Virus record (IMG/VR): IMGVR_UViG_3300025450_000020
Location: 1 to 64,000 of that record
Length of the DNA: 64,000 bases
From: a virus
Reading direction: 5' to 3' (one strand)
Both the position numbers and the translations under genes were made by a program. Below, piece by piece: positions 1 to 6,639 of the stretch. The stretch's first letter is position 1. Every line of letters begins with the position of its first letter. The notes beneath the pieces are model-generated. The model was not told the DNA's origin and ran no database searches. It saw nothing but the letters and a program-made list of their open reading frames with translations.

Positions 1-30
1 TCTACTCCTATGGTAGTGCTAAAAATAAAC

Positions 31-252
31 TTAGTCATTTAGTTCACTATCCAATCCGACATAAATTGTCGTGAAGAAATCTGGCTTAGGAAATCCTGTG
101 CCATTCCAATTTGGGCGAACCTTGACAGAATAGGCAAGGTAACCCTCTGGTGTAGAGTGTCGCATATTGTTACGAAACTCCGCATACTGAATTATGCCTT
201 GTCCTTGTGAGGACTTTACGAATTTGCCTTCTAGGGCTTCTGAGATTAGCAT
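31..252 (-). CDS. hypothetical early-type protein (73 aa)
   Basis: ORF track; SD-like GAAGGT upstream; promoter motif at 285-306. Confidence 0.7.
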   Translation of the reverse strand: MLISEALEGKFVKSSQGQGIIQYAEFRNNMRHSTPEGYLAYSVKVRPNWNGTGFPKPDFFTTIYVGLDSELND

Positions 253-253
253 A

Positions 254-361
254 TTATTTGCTACCTTCTTTCTTTGTTGCTTGTAGTATAACAGACACCG
301 CTGACAGCGTTTCTTTTTGGCGGGTGGCTAGGACATACGCCTTATATTCTTCTAGGTTCAC
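254..361 (-). CDS. small hypothetical protein MNLEEYKAYVLATRQKETLSAVSVILQATKKEGSK (35 aa, GTG start; not in ORF track)
   Basis: Translated by hand; AGAAGGT upstream, promoter at 391-412, stop abuts the next gene. Confidence 0.6.
   Translation of the reverse strand: MNLEEYKAYVLATRQKETLSAVSVILQATKKEGSK
285..306 (-). promoter_or_regulatory. early-type promoter TGTCAG-N10-TATACT (copy 1)
   Basis: Minus strand TGTCAG CGGTGTCTGT TATACT; one of six copies with identical spacing. Confidence 0.7.
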
Positions 362-390
362 TTTGTGACCTTCTTTCTCTTGATACCCCT

Positions 391-412
391 AGTATAACAG
401 AACGTACTGACA
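391..412 (-). promoter_or_regulatory. early-type promoter TGTCAG-N10-TATACT (copy 2)
   Basis: Minus strand TGTCAG TACGTTCTGT TATACT. Confidence 0.75.
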
Positions 413-461
413 TTATTCTACTTACCCACGAGTAATTTCATATTGTGAGACGCTCAAATAA

Positions 462-477
462 TGTGATAAAAATCATA
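462..477. promoter_or_regulatory. CRP/GlxR-like box TGTGA-N6-TCATA
   Basis: 1 mismatch to TGTGA-N6-TCACA; intergenic; same offset from its promoter as the box at 2159. Confidence 0.5.
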
Positions 478-550
478 CCGTAAACGACACGCCCGAGTGC
501 GGGTCGGCCCGCATCTGATAGTTGAACTTTCAATTATTTATTATGGATCA

Positions 551-579
551 TGAGCAGTTTTAATTCTTGCTCAGGAATT
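551..579 (-). ncRNA. putative H-type RNA pseudoknot, copy 1
   Basis: AAUUC C UGAGCA A GAAUU AAAAC UGCUCA; stem 1 covaries with copy 2. Confidence 0.65.
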
Positions 580-583
580 TTAT

Positions 584-766
584 TTAATTGTGATTTACAG
601 TTTTAAAACATTCGTCCCAGAATCTATCTGAGTCAAATCTTTCGTTATCTTCTGCAAACATTTCTGCGAAATCATTTACCAAATCCTCAAATACTTCCAA
701 ACGCATTTCAGAACCATAAGAGTTTAGAATTTCTGCAGTTGCTACGTAGTCTTTACGTGTCATCAT
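584..766 (-). CDS. small acidic hypothetical protein (MMTRKDY family, paralog of 2238-2432)
   Basis: ORF track; AGGAG SD; clear paralogy. Confidence 0.8.
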   Translation of the reverse strand: MMTRKDYVATAEILNSYGSEMRLEVFEDLVNDFAEMFAEDNERFDSDRFWDECFKTVNHN

Positions 767-831
767 TTTTGATTTACTCTCCTTTTATTAGTAGGGCGGG
801 ACTACTAGAGCCCCGCCTAAAAATTATAGCA

Positions 832-1002
832 TTACTTTGAGGTTTTTACCATAGCGAAACGATATGAACCATTTGCAAGAACCAAACCTACACGAGTTAG
901 CTTTGAGTTAATTGGTGTGAAATCACGGATTCGTCCTGTGACACCTGTCTTGCTAGTTGTGAACAAATCTCCGATTTGATATGTGTATCCGTTGAGTGAC
1001 AT
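832..1002 (-). CDS. small beta-rich protein MSLNGYTYQIGDLFTTSKTGVTGRI... (56 aa; not in ORF track)
   Basis: Translated by hand; AAGGA SD; paralog of 1085-1246. Confidence 0.8.
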   Translation of the reverse strand: MSLNGYTYQIGDLFTTSKTGVTGRIRDFTPINSKLTRVGLVLANGSYRFAMVKTSK

Positions 1003-1036
1003 TAGTTTTCCTTTTCTTTTTTTCTTGTTGGGTTGT

Positions 1037-1065
1037 TGAGCAGTTTTACAACTTGCTCAGGTTGT
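1037..1065 (-). ncRNA. putative H-type RNA pseudoknot, copy 2
   Basis: ACAAC C UGAGCA A GUUGU AAAAC UGCUCA. Confidence 0.65.
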
Positions 1066-1084
1066 CTAGGGTATTTCCCTAAAC

Positions 1085-1246
1085 TTAGAAAGTAACGGTT
1101 GTGAAGCGTTCCTCGCCATTGACATCAAGAAGAACAAGAGTCGTGTTAGCGTCCTTTGGCTCTATTGCCTTGATTACGCCTGTGACCTTTGACTTCTGAG
1201 TGGTGAACAAATCGCCTACCTGATAAGTCTTGTTTGCTACTGTCAT
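1085..1246 (-). CDS. small beta-rich protein MTVANKTYQVGDLFTTQKSKVTGVI... (53 aa; not in ORF track)
   Basis: Translated by hand; AAGGA SD; promoter at 1284-1305; paralog of 832-1002. Confidence 0.8.
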   Translation of the reverse strand: MTVANKTYQVGDLFTTQKSKVTGVIKAIEPKDANTTLVLLDVNGEERFTTVTF

Positions 1247-1283
1247 GTTTCTTTTCCTTTTCTTGTTAGTTGGTTATGTCCCT

Positions 1284-1305
1284 AGTATAGCACTAGGGTC
1301 TGACA
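1284..1305 (-). promoter_or_regulatory. early-type promoter TGTCAG-N10-TATACT (copy 3)
   Basis: Minus strand TGTCAG ACCCTAGTGC TATACT. Confidence 0.75.
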
Positions 1306-1310
1306 TTGGT

Positions 1311-1517
1311 TTATGGGTGATAAACCAAAACTGTGCCTTTGCGGGCTACTTTGAGCCTTTGGTGTCTCATGCCCTTAAATGGATTAGCTGCATGAGTCTT
1401 TGATAGTTTAATTGTATGGACATGATAAACCCGTGCTTGGGCGGGACTTGTGATAATCAGGAGAAGAATTACCACTAGAGCGAATAGCATTTTTTTCATT
1501 AGTCTAAGTGCTTCCAT
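1311..1517 (-). CDS. small membrane/secreted protein (signal-peptide-like N-terminus, basic C-terminus)
   Basis: MKKMLFALVVILLLIITSPAQA resembles a Sec signal peptide. Confidence 0.6.
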   Translation of the reverse strand: MEALRLMKKMLFALVVILLLIITSPAQARVYHVHTIKLSKTHAANPFKGMRHQRLKVARKGTVLVYHP

Positions 1518-1534
1518 TTCTTATTGTTTAGGTA

Positions 1535-1556
1535 ATTATACACGAAGGCGCTGACA
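1535..1556 (-). promoter_or_regulatory. early-type promoter TGTCAG-N10-TATAAT (copy 4)
   Basis: Minus strand TGTCAG CGCCTTCGTG TATAAT. Confidence 0.7.
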
Positions 1557-1584
1557 AGCAGTGCTAGCATTATGAGAGTTTTCA

Positions 1585-1776
1585 TTAGATACACTCCACA
1601 CAGTAGCACTTAGGATTTACAGCGAATAACCATTTAATGATAATCGCACGATATAAGTTAGATAAACCATAAGCAGATTTTACTCCGCCATTATTGTATT
1701 CATGAATAATACGATTTTCTAATGCACCCGAAAGTCCGAGTTCAGCGAATATGTTTATTGTTTCTAGTGTAGTCAT
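1585..1776 (-). CDS. hypothetical protein with C-terminal CxCxxC
   Basis: ORF track; ATG at 1776 chosen for the AAAGGTGG SD. Confidence 0.65.
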   Translation of the reverse strand: MTTLETINIFAELGLSGALENRIIHEYNNGGVKSAYGLSNLYRAIIIKWLFAVNPKCYCVECI

Positions 1777-1810
1777 TTTGACCACCTTTCTTTAGTTTCT
1801 AATACTGAGT

Positions 1811-1839
1811 ATTCTAGCAGGTTGTTTGGGAAAAATCAA
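1811..1839 (-). promoter_or_regulatory. sigma70/SigA-type promoter TTGATT-N17-TAGAAT with extended -10
   Basis: Seen directly; GACAC (1843-1847) and a CRP-like box (1861-1876) lie upstream. Confidence 0.65.
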
Positions 1840-1871
1840 GGTGACACGCCGTTGTGTCTGTGTGTTTTATA

Positions 1872-2057
1872 TCACACTGAGAATTTGTGTAAATCACCAC
1901 AATTCGGGCAACCATACTCAATTTCATCACCTTCATTAAACTCTTGGTCTACATTGACATAAACGCCACAAGTTGTGCATTTATCCCATTCCATATAAAA
2001 CTCGTTTGGACAATTTTCGTGGCTTGTGCAACCACCCTTGATAATTAGTGAATTCAT
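1872..2057 (-). CDS. small zinc-ribbon protein (CxxC...CxxC)
   Basis: CTTC and CPNC motifs; AAAGGA SD. Confidence 0.65.
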   Translation of the reverse strand: MNSLIIKGGCTSHENCPNEFYMEWDKCTTCGVYVNVDQEFNEGDEIEYGCPNCGDLHKFSV

Positions 2058-2087
2058 TTGGAATTCCTTTCTTTTGTTTATACGAGT

Positions 2088-2109
2088 ATTATAGCAGGGG
2101 GGTCTGACA
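2088..2109 (-). promoter_or_regulatory. early-type promoter TGTCAG-N10-TATAAT (copy 5)
   Basis: Minus strand TGTCAG ACCCCCCTGC TATAAT. Confidence 0.75.
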
Positions 2110-2158
2110 TTACCCGCCAGTATATGTGTACAAATCGGACACGTAAAAAAACTATTTT

Positions 2159-2174
2159 TGTGAGCTTCGTCACA
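2159..2174. promoter_or_regulatory. perfect CRP/GlxR-like box TGTGA-GCTTCG-TCACA
   Basis: Exact match to the CRP-family consensus; intergenic. Confidence 0.55.
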
Positions 2175-2237
2175 CAGTATGCGACACGCCCGAGCGGGTC
2201 GGCCTTGGATCGGTGGGTCGGCCCAACAGCGGAGAAA

Positions 2238-2432
2238 TTAATCTCCGAAACACGCATCCCAAAATTTATTTTCATCAAAGTTAGGATTATCTTTTGCAAA
2301 CATTTTAATAAAAGGTTGAACCAACGAATCATCAAACTCTGCAACGAATGACGGGCGGGATTCAGAATTATATTCTGTCAAATATGAATTAAGAATCTTA
2401 GCGATAGAAACATAGTCTTTACGAGTCATCAT
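2238..2432 (-). CDS. small hypothetical protein (MMTRKDY family, paralog of 584-766)
   Basis: Shared MMTRKDYV..A.ILNSY and F..DN..FD...FWD.CF. Confidence 0.8.
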   Translation of the reverse strand: MMTRKDYVSIAKILNSYLTEYNSESRPSFVAEFDDSLVQPFIKMFAKDNPNFDENKFWDACFGD

Positions 2433-2436
2433 TTAT

Positions 2437-2538
2437 TTATTTCCAATCTTTAAAAATATCTTCAACAACTGTTAGTTGTTCATCGGTTAAGTGGTCTAGT
2501 TGTATCGCATCAGCGAAACCAAAAATATCTTTTTCCAT
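2437..2538 (-). CDS. tiny acidic protein MEKDIFGFADAIQLDHLTDEQLTVVEDIFKDWK (33 aa)
   Basis: Translated by hand; GAGGTG SD; tightly packed operon. Confidence 0.65.
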   Translation of the reverse strand: MEKDIFGFADAIQLDHLTDEQLTVVEDIFKDWK

Positions 2539-2539
2539 A

Positions 2540-2683
2540 TTACAACACCTCATCAGGGTCAAAGTGTGCAACGGGGATAAAGACATCTTCCATATCCTCA
2601 GAAGCCAATTCATCTAGCATAGATTGGTAATCGTCTGCTAGTTCAGACCAACGGTCATTAGTTTTATCAAATGAGTATGACAT
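2540..2683 (-). CDS. tiny, very acidic protein MSYSFDKTNDRWSELADDY... (47 aa)
   Basis: Translated by hand; AAAGGTGG SD; TAATG coupling to the upstream gene. Confidence 0.65.
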   Translation of the reverse strand: MSYSFDKTNDRWSELADDYQSMLDELASEDMEDVFIPVAHFDPDEVL

Positions 2684-2844
2684 TATTCTGCCACCTTTCC
2701 TGTGCAGTAGATACCTGAATCAGTAGCCATCCATGTAGATAGCGGGCTACCTCGCCAATAGCGGATAGTCTTGCCACACGAGCAGGTTGTAGACTCTTTA
2801 ACATTGTAGCCTGATTGGGCTGGGAAGTGTAGTTTCATTTTCAT
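2683..2844 (-). CDS. small protein with H/CxC/C residues, possibly Zn-binding (53 aa)
   Basis: Translated by hand (MKMKLHFPAQSG...TCSCGK...YCTGK); AAAGGA SD. Confidence 0.6.
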   Translation of the reverse strand: MKMKLHFPAQSGYNVKESTTCSCGKTIRYWRGSPLSTWMATDSGIYCTGKVAE

Positions 2845-2901
2845 TTAGTTATCCTTTCAAGATACTTTCGTTTGATTGGGTTTCTCCCTTTCAATAAGAT
2901 A

Positions 2902-2930
2902 AATATAACAGAGGGGTCTGACATTTTCAA
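2902..2930 (-). promoter_or_regulatory. promoter TTGAAA-N17-TATATT containing TGTCAG in the spacer (copy 6)
   Basis: Minus strand TTGAAA A TGTCAG ACCCCTCTGT TATATT. Confidence 0.7.
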
Positions 2931-3138
2931 GTCCAAAATGCATACAATTCGGACATCTTTTAAAAATAGTTTGTGATGTGCGCCACATTTTGGTAGGACA
3001 CTCCAGACAATTCGGACATTTCGGGCGCACTATTCTGAAAATCGTTTTTGGCTTTCCAATGCGAATCATACATGGAAAATTGGGAATCACATTTTTGTTC
3101 ATTTTAAAATGTTATTAAAAGTATGGTATGATACAGTT

Positions 3139-3582
3139 ATGAGATACAATAAAGGAAATTCAGCAACACATAAAAGATGTCCAAAATGCGGGGAGCGTAA
3201 AGAAAGATCAGAATACTGGAATGATGCTTCAAGACCTGATGGAATAACAGCATATTGTAAGCCATGTAAGGCAGAGGTTACAAATATGCATGTTAGTAAA
3301 AATATGGGATATTATAAAAATTCTTGGAAAGCTTATGCTCTTAAAAGAAAATATGATTTAAGCATGGAAGAATTTGAAAACATGCTTAAAAATCAAGATT
3401 ATAAGTGTGATATATGTCACAAAGAGATAAAAAACTATTCTGCTGTAGATCATGATCATAAAACAGGTAAAATTAGAAGCCTTTTATGCAGAAAGTGCAA
3501 TCTTGGTTTAGGTGCTGCAAAAGATAGCGTGGAAATTTTAGAAAATATGGTCAAATACTTGGAGATTCATGAAAACATGTAA
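3139..3582 (+). CDS. endonuclease VII-like (His-Me finger) endonuclease with N-terminal Zn finger; probably leaderless
   Basis: CxxC motifs, Q..KCDIC, VDHDHKTGKIRSLLCRKCN; TGG-TATGAT ends 6 nt before ATG 3139. Confidence 0.85.
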   Translation: MRYNKGNSATHKRCPKCGERKERSEYWNDASRPDGITAYCKPCKAEVTNMHVSKNMGYYKNSWKAYALKRKYDLSMEEFENMLKNQDYKCDICHKEIKNYSAVDHDHKTGKIRSLLCRKCNLGLGAAKDSVEILENMVKYLEIHENM

Positions 3583-3970
3583 AAATTGCGGGACAATAGG
3601 AGAATCTTCTTTATTTTTAAAAGATAGAAGTAAATGTAGAGAATGTCATAAAAAATATTTAAAAGATCGTAGAGCAAATAACGAAGAATTACGTTTAAAG
3701 GAAAATGAAGATATGACCTGGAGACGTAGATTACGGGAATATGGTGTTACAAAAGAAGAATTTTATGCTATTTTTGAAAAACAGGGCGGTAAGTGTGCAA
3801 TTTGCCTAGATGCCATTACAGATAAGGATTCTATGGATCATTGTCACAATAAAAATAAGGCTAGAGGTATCTTGTGTACTGGATGCAATATTTCTTTAGG
3901 TCAATTTGAAGACAATATAAGTACATTAAAATCTGCTATTGAGTATTTGGAAAAATATGGAAACATGTGA
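3569..3970 (+). CDS. endonuclease VII-like endonuclease, second tandem copy
   Basis: QGGKCAIC...MDHCH..NKARGILCTGCN. Confidence 0.85.
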   Translation: MKTCKNCGTIGESSLFLKDRSKCRECHKKYLKDRRANNEELRLKENEDMTWRRRLREYGVTKEEFYAIFEKQGGKCAICLDAITDKDSMDHCHNKNKARGILCTGCNISLGQFEDNISTLKSAIEYLEKYGNM

Positions 3971-4091
3971 CAAATGTTGGCGGGAATTCAAAGAGACAAT
4001 TCATACCAATGATGGCATATTTCACTATTGCGGATTACATGCAAAAGAACTGAAAGAATCCCTAGAAGCAGAAAATAAGGATTTTTACTAG
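3957..4091 (+). CDS. small Zn-finger protein METCDKC...YCGLH (44 aa; not in ORF track)
   Basis: Translated by hand; same 14-nt overlap as the preceding gene pair. Confidence 0.6.
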   Translation: METCDKCWREFKETIHTNDGIFHYCGLHAKELKESLEAENKDFY

Positions 4092-4879
4092 ATATCTAGA
4101 TCAATATCTGTTATAAAATAAGTTTGGTAGAAATTTTGAGCAATTCTACGAGTCAAAATGTGATAAAAAATTTGGCGGGAGATAGAAAGATCATGAAAAT
4201 CAAAGGTGTCTAGATAATCTAGGGCTATTTGAGCATCATTTTCATTTATAGCATGCTTTCCAGCTAGTGGAGATGATGAAATTTTATCAAAACACTTATT
4301 TACAATGCTCAAATCACGTAAAATTTTGTCGGGAGTCCAAGAATCTTCTCCTCTATCCTTTTTAACTGGATAAATATGACATGGAGAGATAGAAAATGTA
4401 CCTTTTGTCCAATGTACATCAGGAAATTTAGTGCGAATATAGGATTCTTCTTCTTCAAACCATTCTATGAGTCTCAAAACCTTGGGATTTTCATTTCTGA
4501 TAGCATTTTTCCATCTGGAATCAGCAATATTCTGTTTTCCATTGCGATTTCTAGATTGAGACATATAAGGAAGGCGGGAAATCAGATCAGAAGGAGCTAT
4601 AACCTCTCCATTATAAGACTTTCTCTCTATCTGATAGTTAATTTCATCAATAGCAGATCTTTTAGGACGTTTTTTCTGCAAGATGGTCAATTCTTCATCT
4701 GTAAATCCAAAAAGTAGCTCGGTATGCTTATAATGAGCATTTAGACCATATTGTAGATTATGTAATCCAGATCTAGGAATGATGAAAAAATACTTATCAG
4801 TATAAATGTGATAGGTATCTTCTCCAGGAGTAAGCGTAAATTTTATATCGTGACATGTGTCACTCAGATTGAACATCAT
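4088..4879 (-). CDS. hypothetical protein
   Basis: Long ORF; start moved to ATG 4879 after GAGGA. Confidence 0.7.
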   Translation of the reverse strand: MMFNLSDTCHDIKFTLTPGEDTYHIYTDKYFFIIPRSGLHNLQYGLNAHYKHTELLFGFTDEELTILQKKRPKRSAIDEINYQIERKSYNGEVIAPSDLISRLPYMSQSRNRNGKQNIADSRWKNAIRNENPKVLRLIEWFEEEESYIRTKFPDVHWTKGTFSISPCHIYPVKKDRGEDSWTPDKILRDLSIVNKCFDKISSSPLAGKHAINENDAQIALDYLDTFDFHDLSISRQIFYHILTRRIAQNFYQTYFITDIDLDI

Positions 4880-5105
4880 TTTCTTCATCCTCAAATATAA
4901 AAGATGGGGCGGGAGCAAGCACAGAACCTTGTTCGTGCAAAGATATCATCTTATCAGTATCAGCACCTAGCTTATCTGCAATCATTACTAGCATATCATA
5001 GTTACGCTGCTCTTGGATGAATATTGCACCTAGAAGCTCACGGATATTTTCAAATATTGCCTGGAATTCAGCAAGAGACTCCATGCTTTCCCCTAGATTC
5101 CCCAT
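4860..5105 (-). CDS. hypothetical protein
   Basis: ORF track; GAGGAG SD. Confidence 0.75.
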   Translation of the reverse strand: MGNLGESMESLAEFQAIFENIRELLGAIFIQEQRNYDMLVMIADKLGADTDKMISLHEQGSVLAPAPSFIFEDEENDVQSE

Positions 5106-5161
5106 ATTATCTCCTCAAATACTCCCATACAAATATAGTACCCAATACTATAAATACATAC

Positions 5162-5428
5162 TTAGCCATTGTCTATTATCTCCCTTGTTAAATAATCCCA
5201 CTTATTGGCTTCCATTCCCGCCGAGTTATTGATTACCAGATCTCCATTTTCGGCGGTATAGGTATGAAGCCATTGTATATTGTGGGTAAGCTCTACTTTT
5301 CCTGCAAATATGTGGTCAATCTGACCCTTATCATTACCTTGTTTCACGTGAATCAAAATTTGAAAGGATTGGGGGTCTTCCTCCTCAAACGGCTCAATAT
5401 ACGCTCTTTCAATGTGTATCTTTGCCAT
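5162..5428 (-). CDS. hypothetical protein
   Basis: ORF track; packed in operon. Confidence 0.65.
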   Translation of the reverse strand: MAKIHIERAYIEPFEEEDPQSFQILIHVKQGNDKGQIDHIFAGKVELTHNIQWLHTYTAENGDLVINNSAGMEANKWDYLTREIIDNG

Positions 5429-5921
5429 GAGAGGTTTCTGTGAGTAATGGGTAATCTTCTGCCATCATATTGTTGAAGGGTTCATCACCTATCCAGAAAA
5501 TATTCTCCAATACTCTCCATGCGAAGTTTGTTCCTTCTTCTAAATGCTTTGATATTGCCCAAGATAGGACTTCTGAATCCAGTTTCCGTCCCGCCTCAAT
5601 CAGCATCGTATATTCAATACCCTTAATTGTGCGGGTGGTGAAGATTGCATTACTTCTTGAGGGTTTAAAACTATCAGGCATTGTCGGATCTGTCAAGTAG
5701 TCACACTTAAATAGCTTACAGGGCAACATTGGTCTTTCCTCATATGCCCCGCATCCAAAACCTTGCTGCACAAATGAACATGGGCTTAAAGACATATCAT
5801 CTTTCATTCCCATGAATGACTCACGACCATCAGATAGCTTGATATCAGCCCTTAAATGCCCCTCACAGCATTTTGTGCATCCTTCACATGATCTTCCATC
5901 AACAATTGGCAAAAGGTCCAT
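5409..5921 (-). CDS. YkgJ-like cysteine-cluster (putative Zn/Fe-chelating) protein
   Basis: CxxCxxCC and C..YEERP..C..F.C signature. Confidence 0.75.
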   Translation of the reverse strand: MDLLPIVDGRSCEGCTKCCEGHLRADIKLSDGRESFMGMKDDMSLSPCSFVQQGFGCGAYEERPMLPCKLFKCDYLTDPTMPDSFKPSRSNAIFTTRTIKGIEYTMLIEAGRKLDSEVLSWAISKHLEEGTNFAWRVLENIFWIGDEPFNNMMAEDYPLLTETSHGKDTH

Positions 5922-5927
5922 TAAATC

Positions 5928-6407
5928 TTACTTTCGGCTCAATCGCTCTGCTAAGTCTTTCGGGGTAACTAATGCATGACGCTTATGTGTTAGCTTTACT
6001 CCAACATGAGAATATGACCATGCTACGAGTTGTGAGCAGATTACTCTGTTTTCTTTTTCCGCCAGCCAGTTGACAGGAAATATAGAAAGTCCCAGGCATT
6101 TGAATCCAAGAGCAAGAATTGACCAGACGCCGTATCCATCTCCACAGAATCCTGTGGCAAATAATACGAGCTTATTCCGATCAGCCTCAGTAAGCGAGTT
6201 TTCATCAGTATTCCAGATAATCTGATTATTCGCATATTTGGAAAGTGGAGAAACTGATACTCCTGTCGGGCGAGCCTCAACGACTTGCCCATGACCAATA
6301 TAAATTCCAGCATGGTTCCATTTTGACCAAGTTCCCAGTTGAATTAGTCTTGCTGCAATTCCTGTAGTTCTAACTACAAAGTAATCTCCTAAATTAGGCT
6401 CCTGCAT
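5928..6407 (-). CDS. permuted papain-like amidase (YaeF/YiiX, NlpC/P60 superfamily)
   Basis: GD...V, S.W.HAGIY.G...VVEA, Y, ICSQLV, VTP.DL motif order. Confidence 0.8.
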   Translation of the reverse strand: MQEPNLGDYFVVRTTGIAARLIQLGTWSKWNHAGIYIGHGQVVEARPTGVSVSPLSKYANNQIIWNTDENSLTEADRNKLVLFATGFCGDGYGVWSILALGFKCLGLSIFPVNWLAEKENRVICSQLVAWSYSHVGVKLTHKRHALVTPKDLAERLSRK

Positions 6408-6639
6408 TTTCTATCCTCTTAATCTGCTCAATTAAATTTTCATATAGTTGTAGGCCAGCTATTTGCTCATACCCACACGCTGTACAGTATAGCACGACTT
6501 TATCGTCTTGTTCTTTATGTACTAGCCAGTAAGTTATCTCATGAATTACGTAATCGTTCTTATGATTAGGACAGGCGAGAGGTTTTACCCTACCCGCCTG
6601 CGCTAAGTTGTAATACTGTGAAAAAATTTTAATTTTCAT
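6394..6639 (-). CDS. small Zn-binding protein (CxxH...CxxC)
   Basis: Start moved to ATG 6639, coupled (TGATG) to the upstream gene. Confidence 0.7.
   Translation of the reverse strand: MKIKIFSQYYNLAQAGRVKPLACPNHKNDYVIHEITYWLVHKEQDDKVVLYCTACGYEQIAGLQLYENLIEQIKRIENAGA

Noticed and set aside
793-819. Hairpin AGGGCGGG...CCCGCCT as an intrinsic terminator
   Set aside because: No U-tract follows it on either strand, and it lies inside an apparent operon; function unassigned.
551-1065. Hammerhead ribozyme reading of CUGAGCA...AAAC
   Set aside because: Lacks the CUGAnGA/GAAA core and three-stem junction; the pseudoknot explains the covariation better.
2058-2351. ORFs 2058-2351 (+) and 2078-2344 (-)
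   Set aside because: They overlap a regulatory spacer and the better-supported MMTRKDY gene.
285-3020. CRISPR-like or mini-array interpretation of the early-region repeats
   Set aside because: Repeats are short, irregularly spaced and separated by genes; they fit promoter elements.
2857-3102. 81-aa minus-strand ORF with repeated CPNC
   Set aside because: The CPNC repeats are translations of the ACAATTCGGACA DNA boxes, and the ORF runs over promoter elements; probably non-coding.
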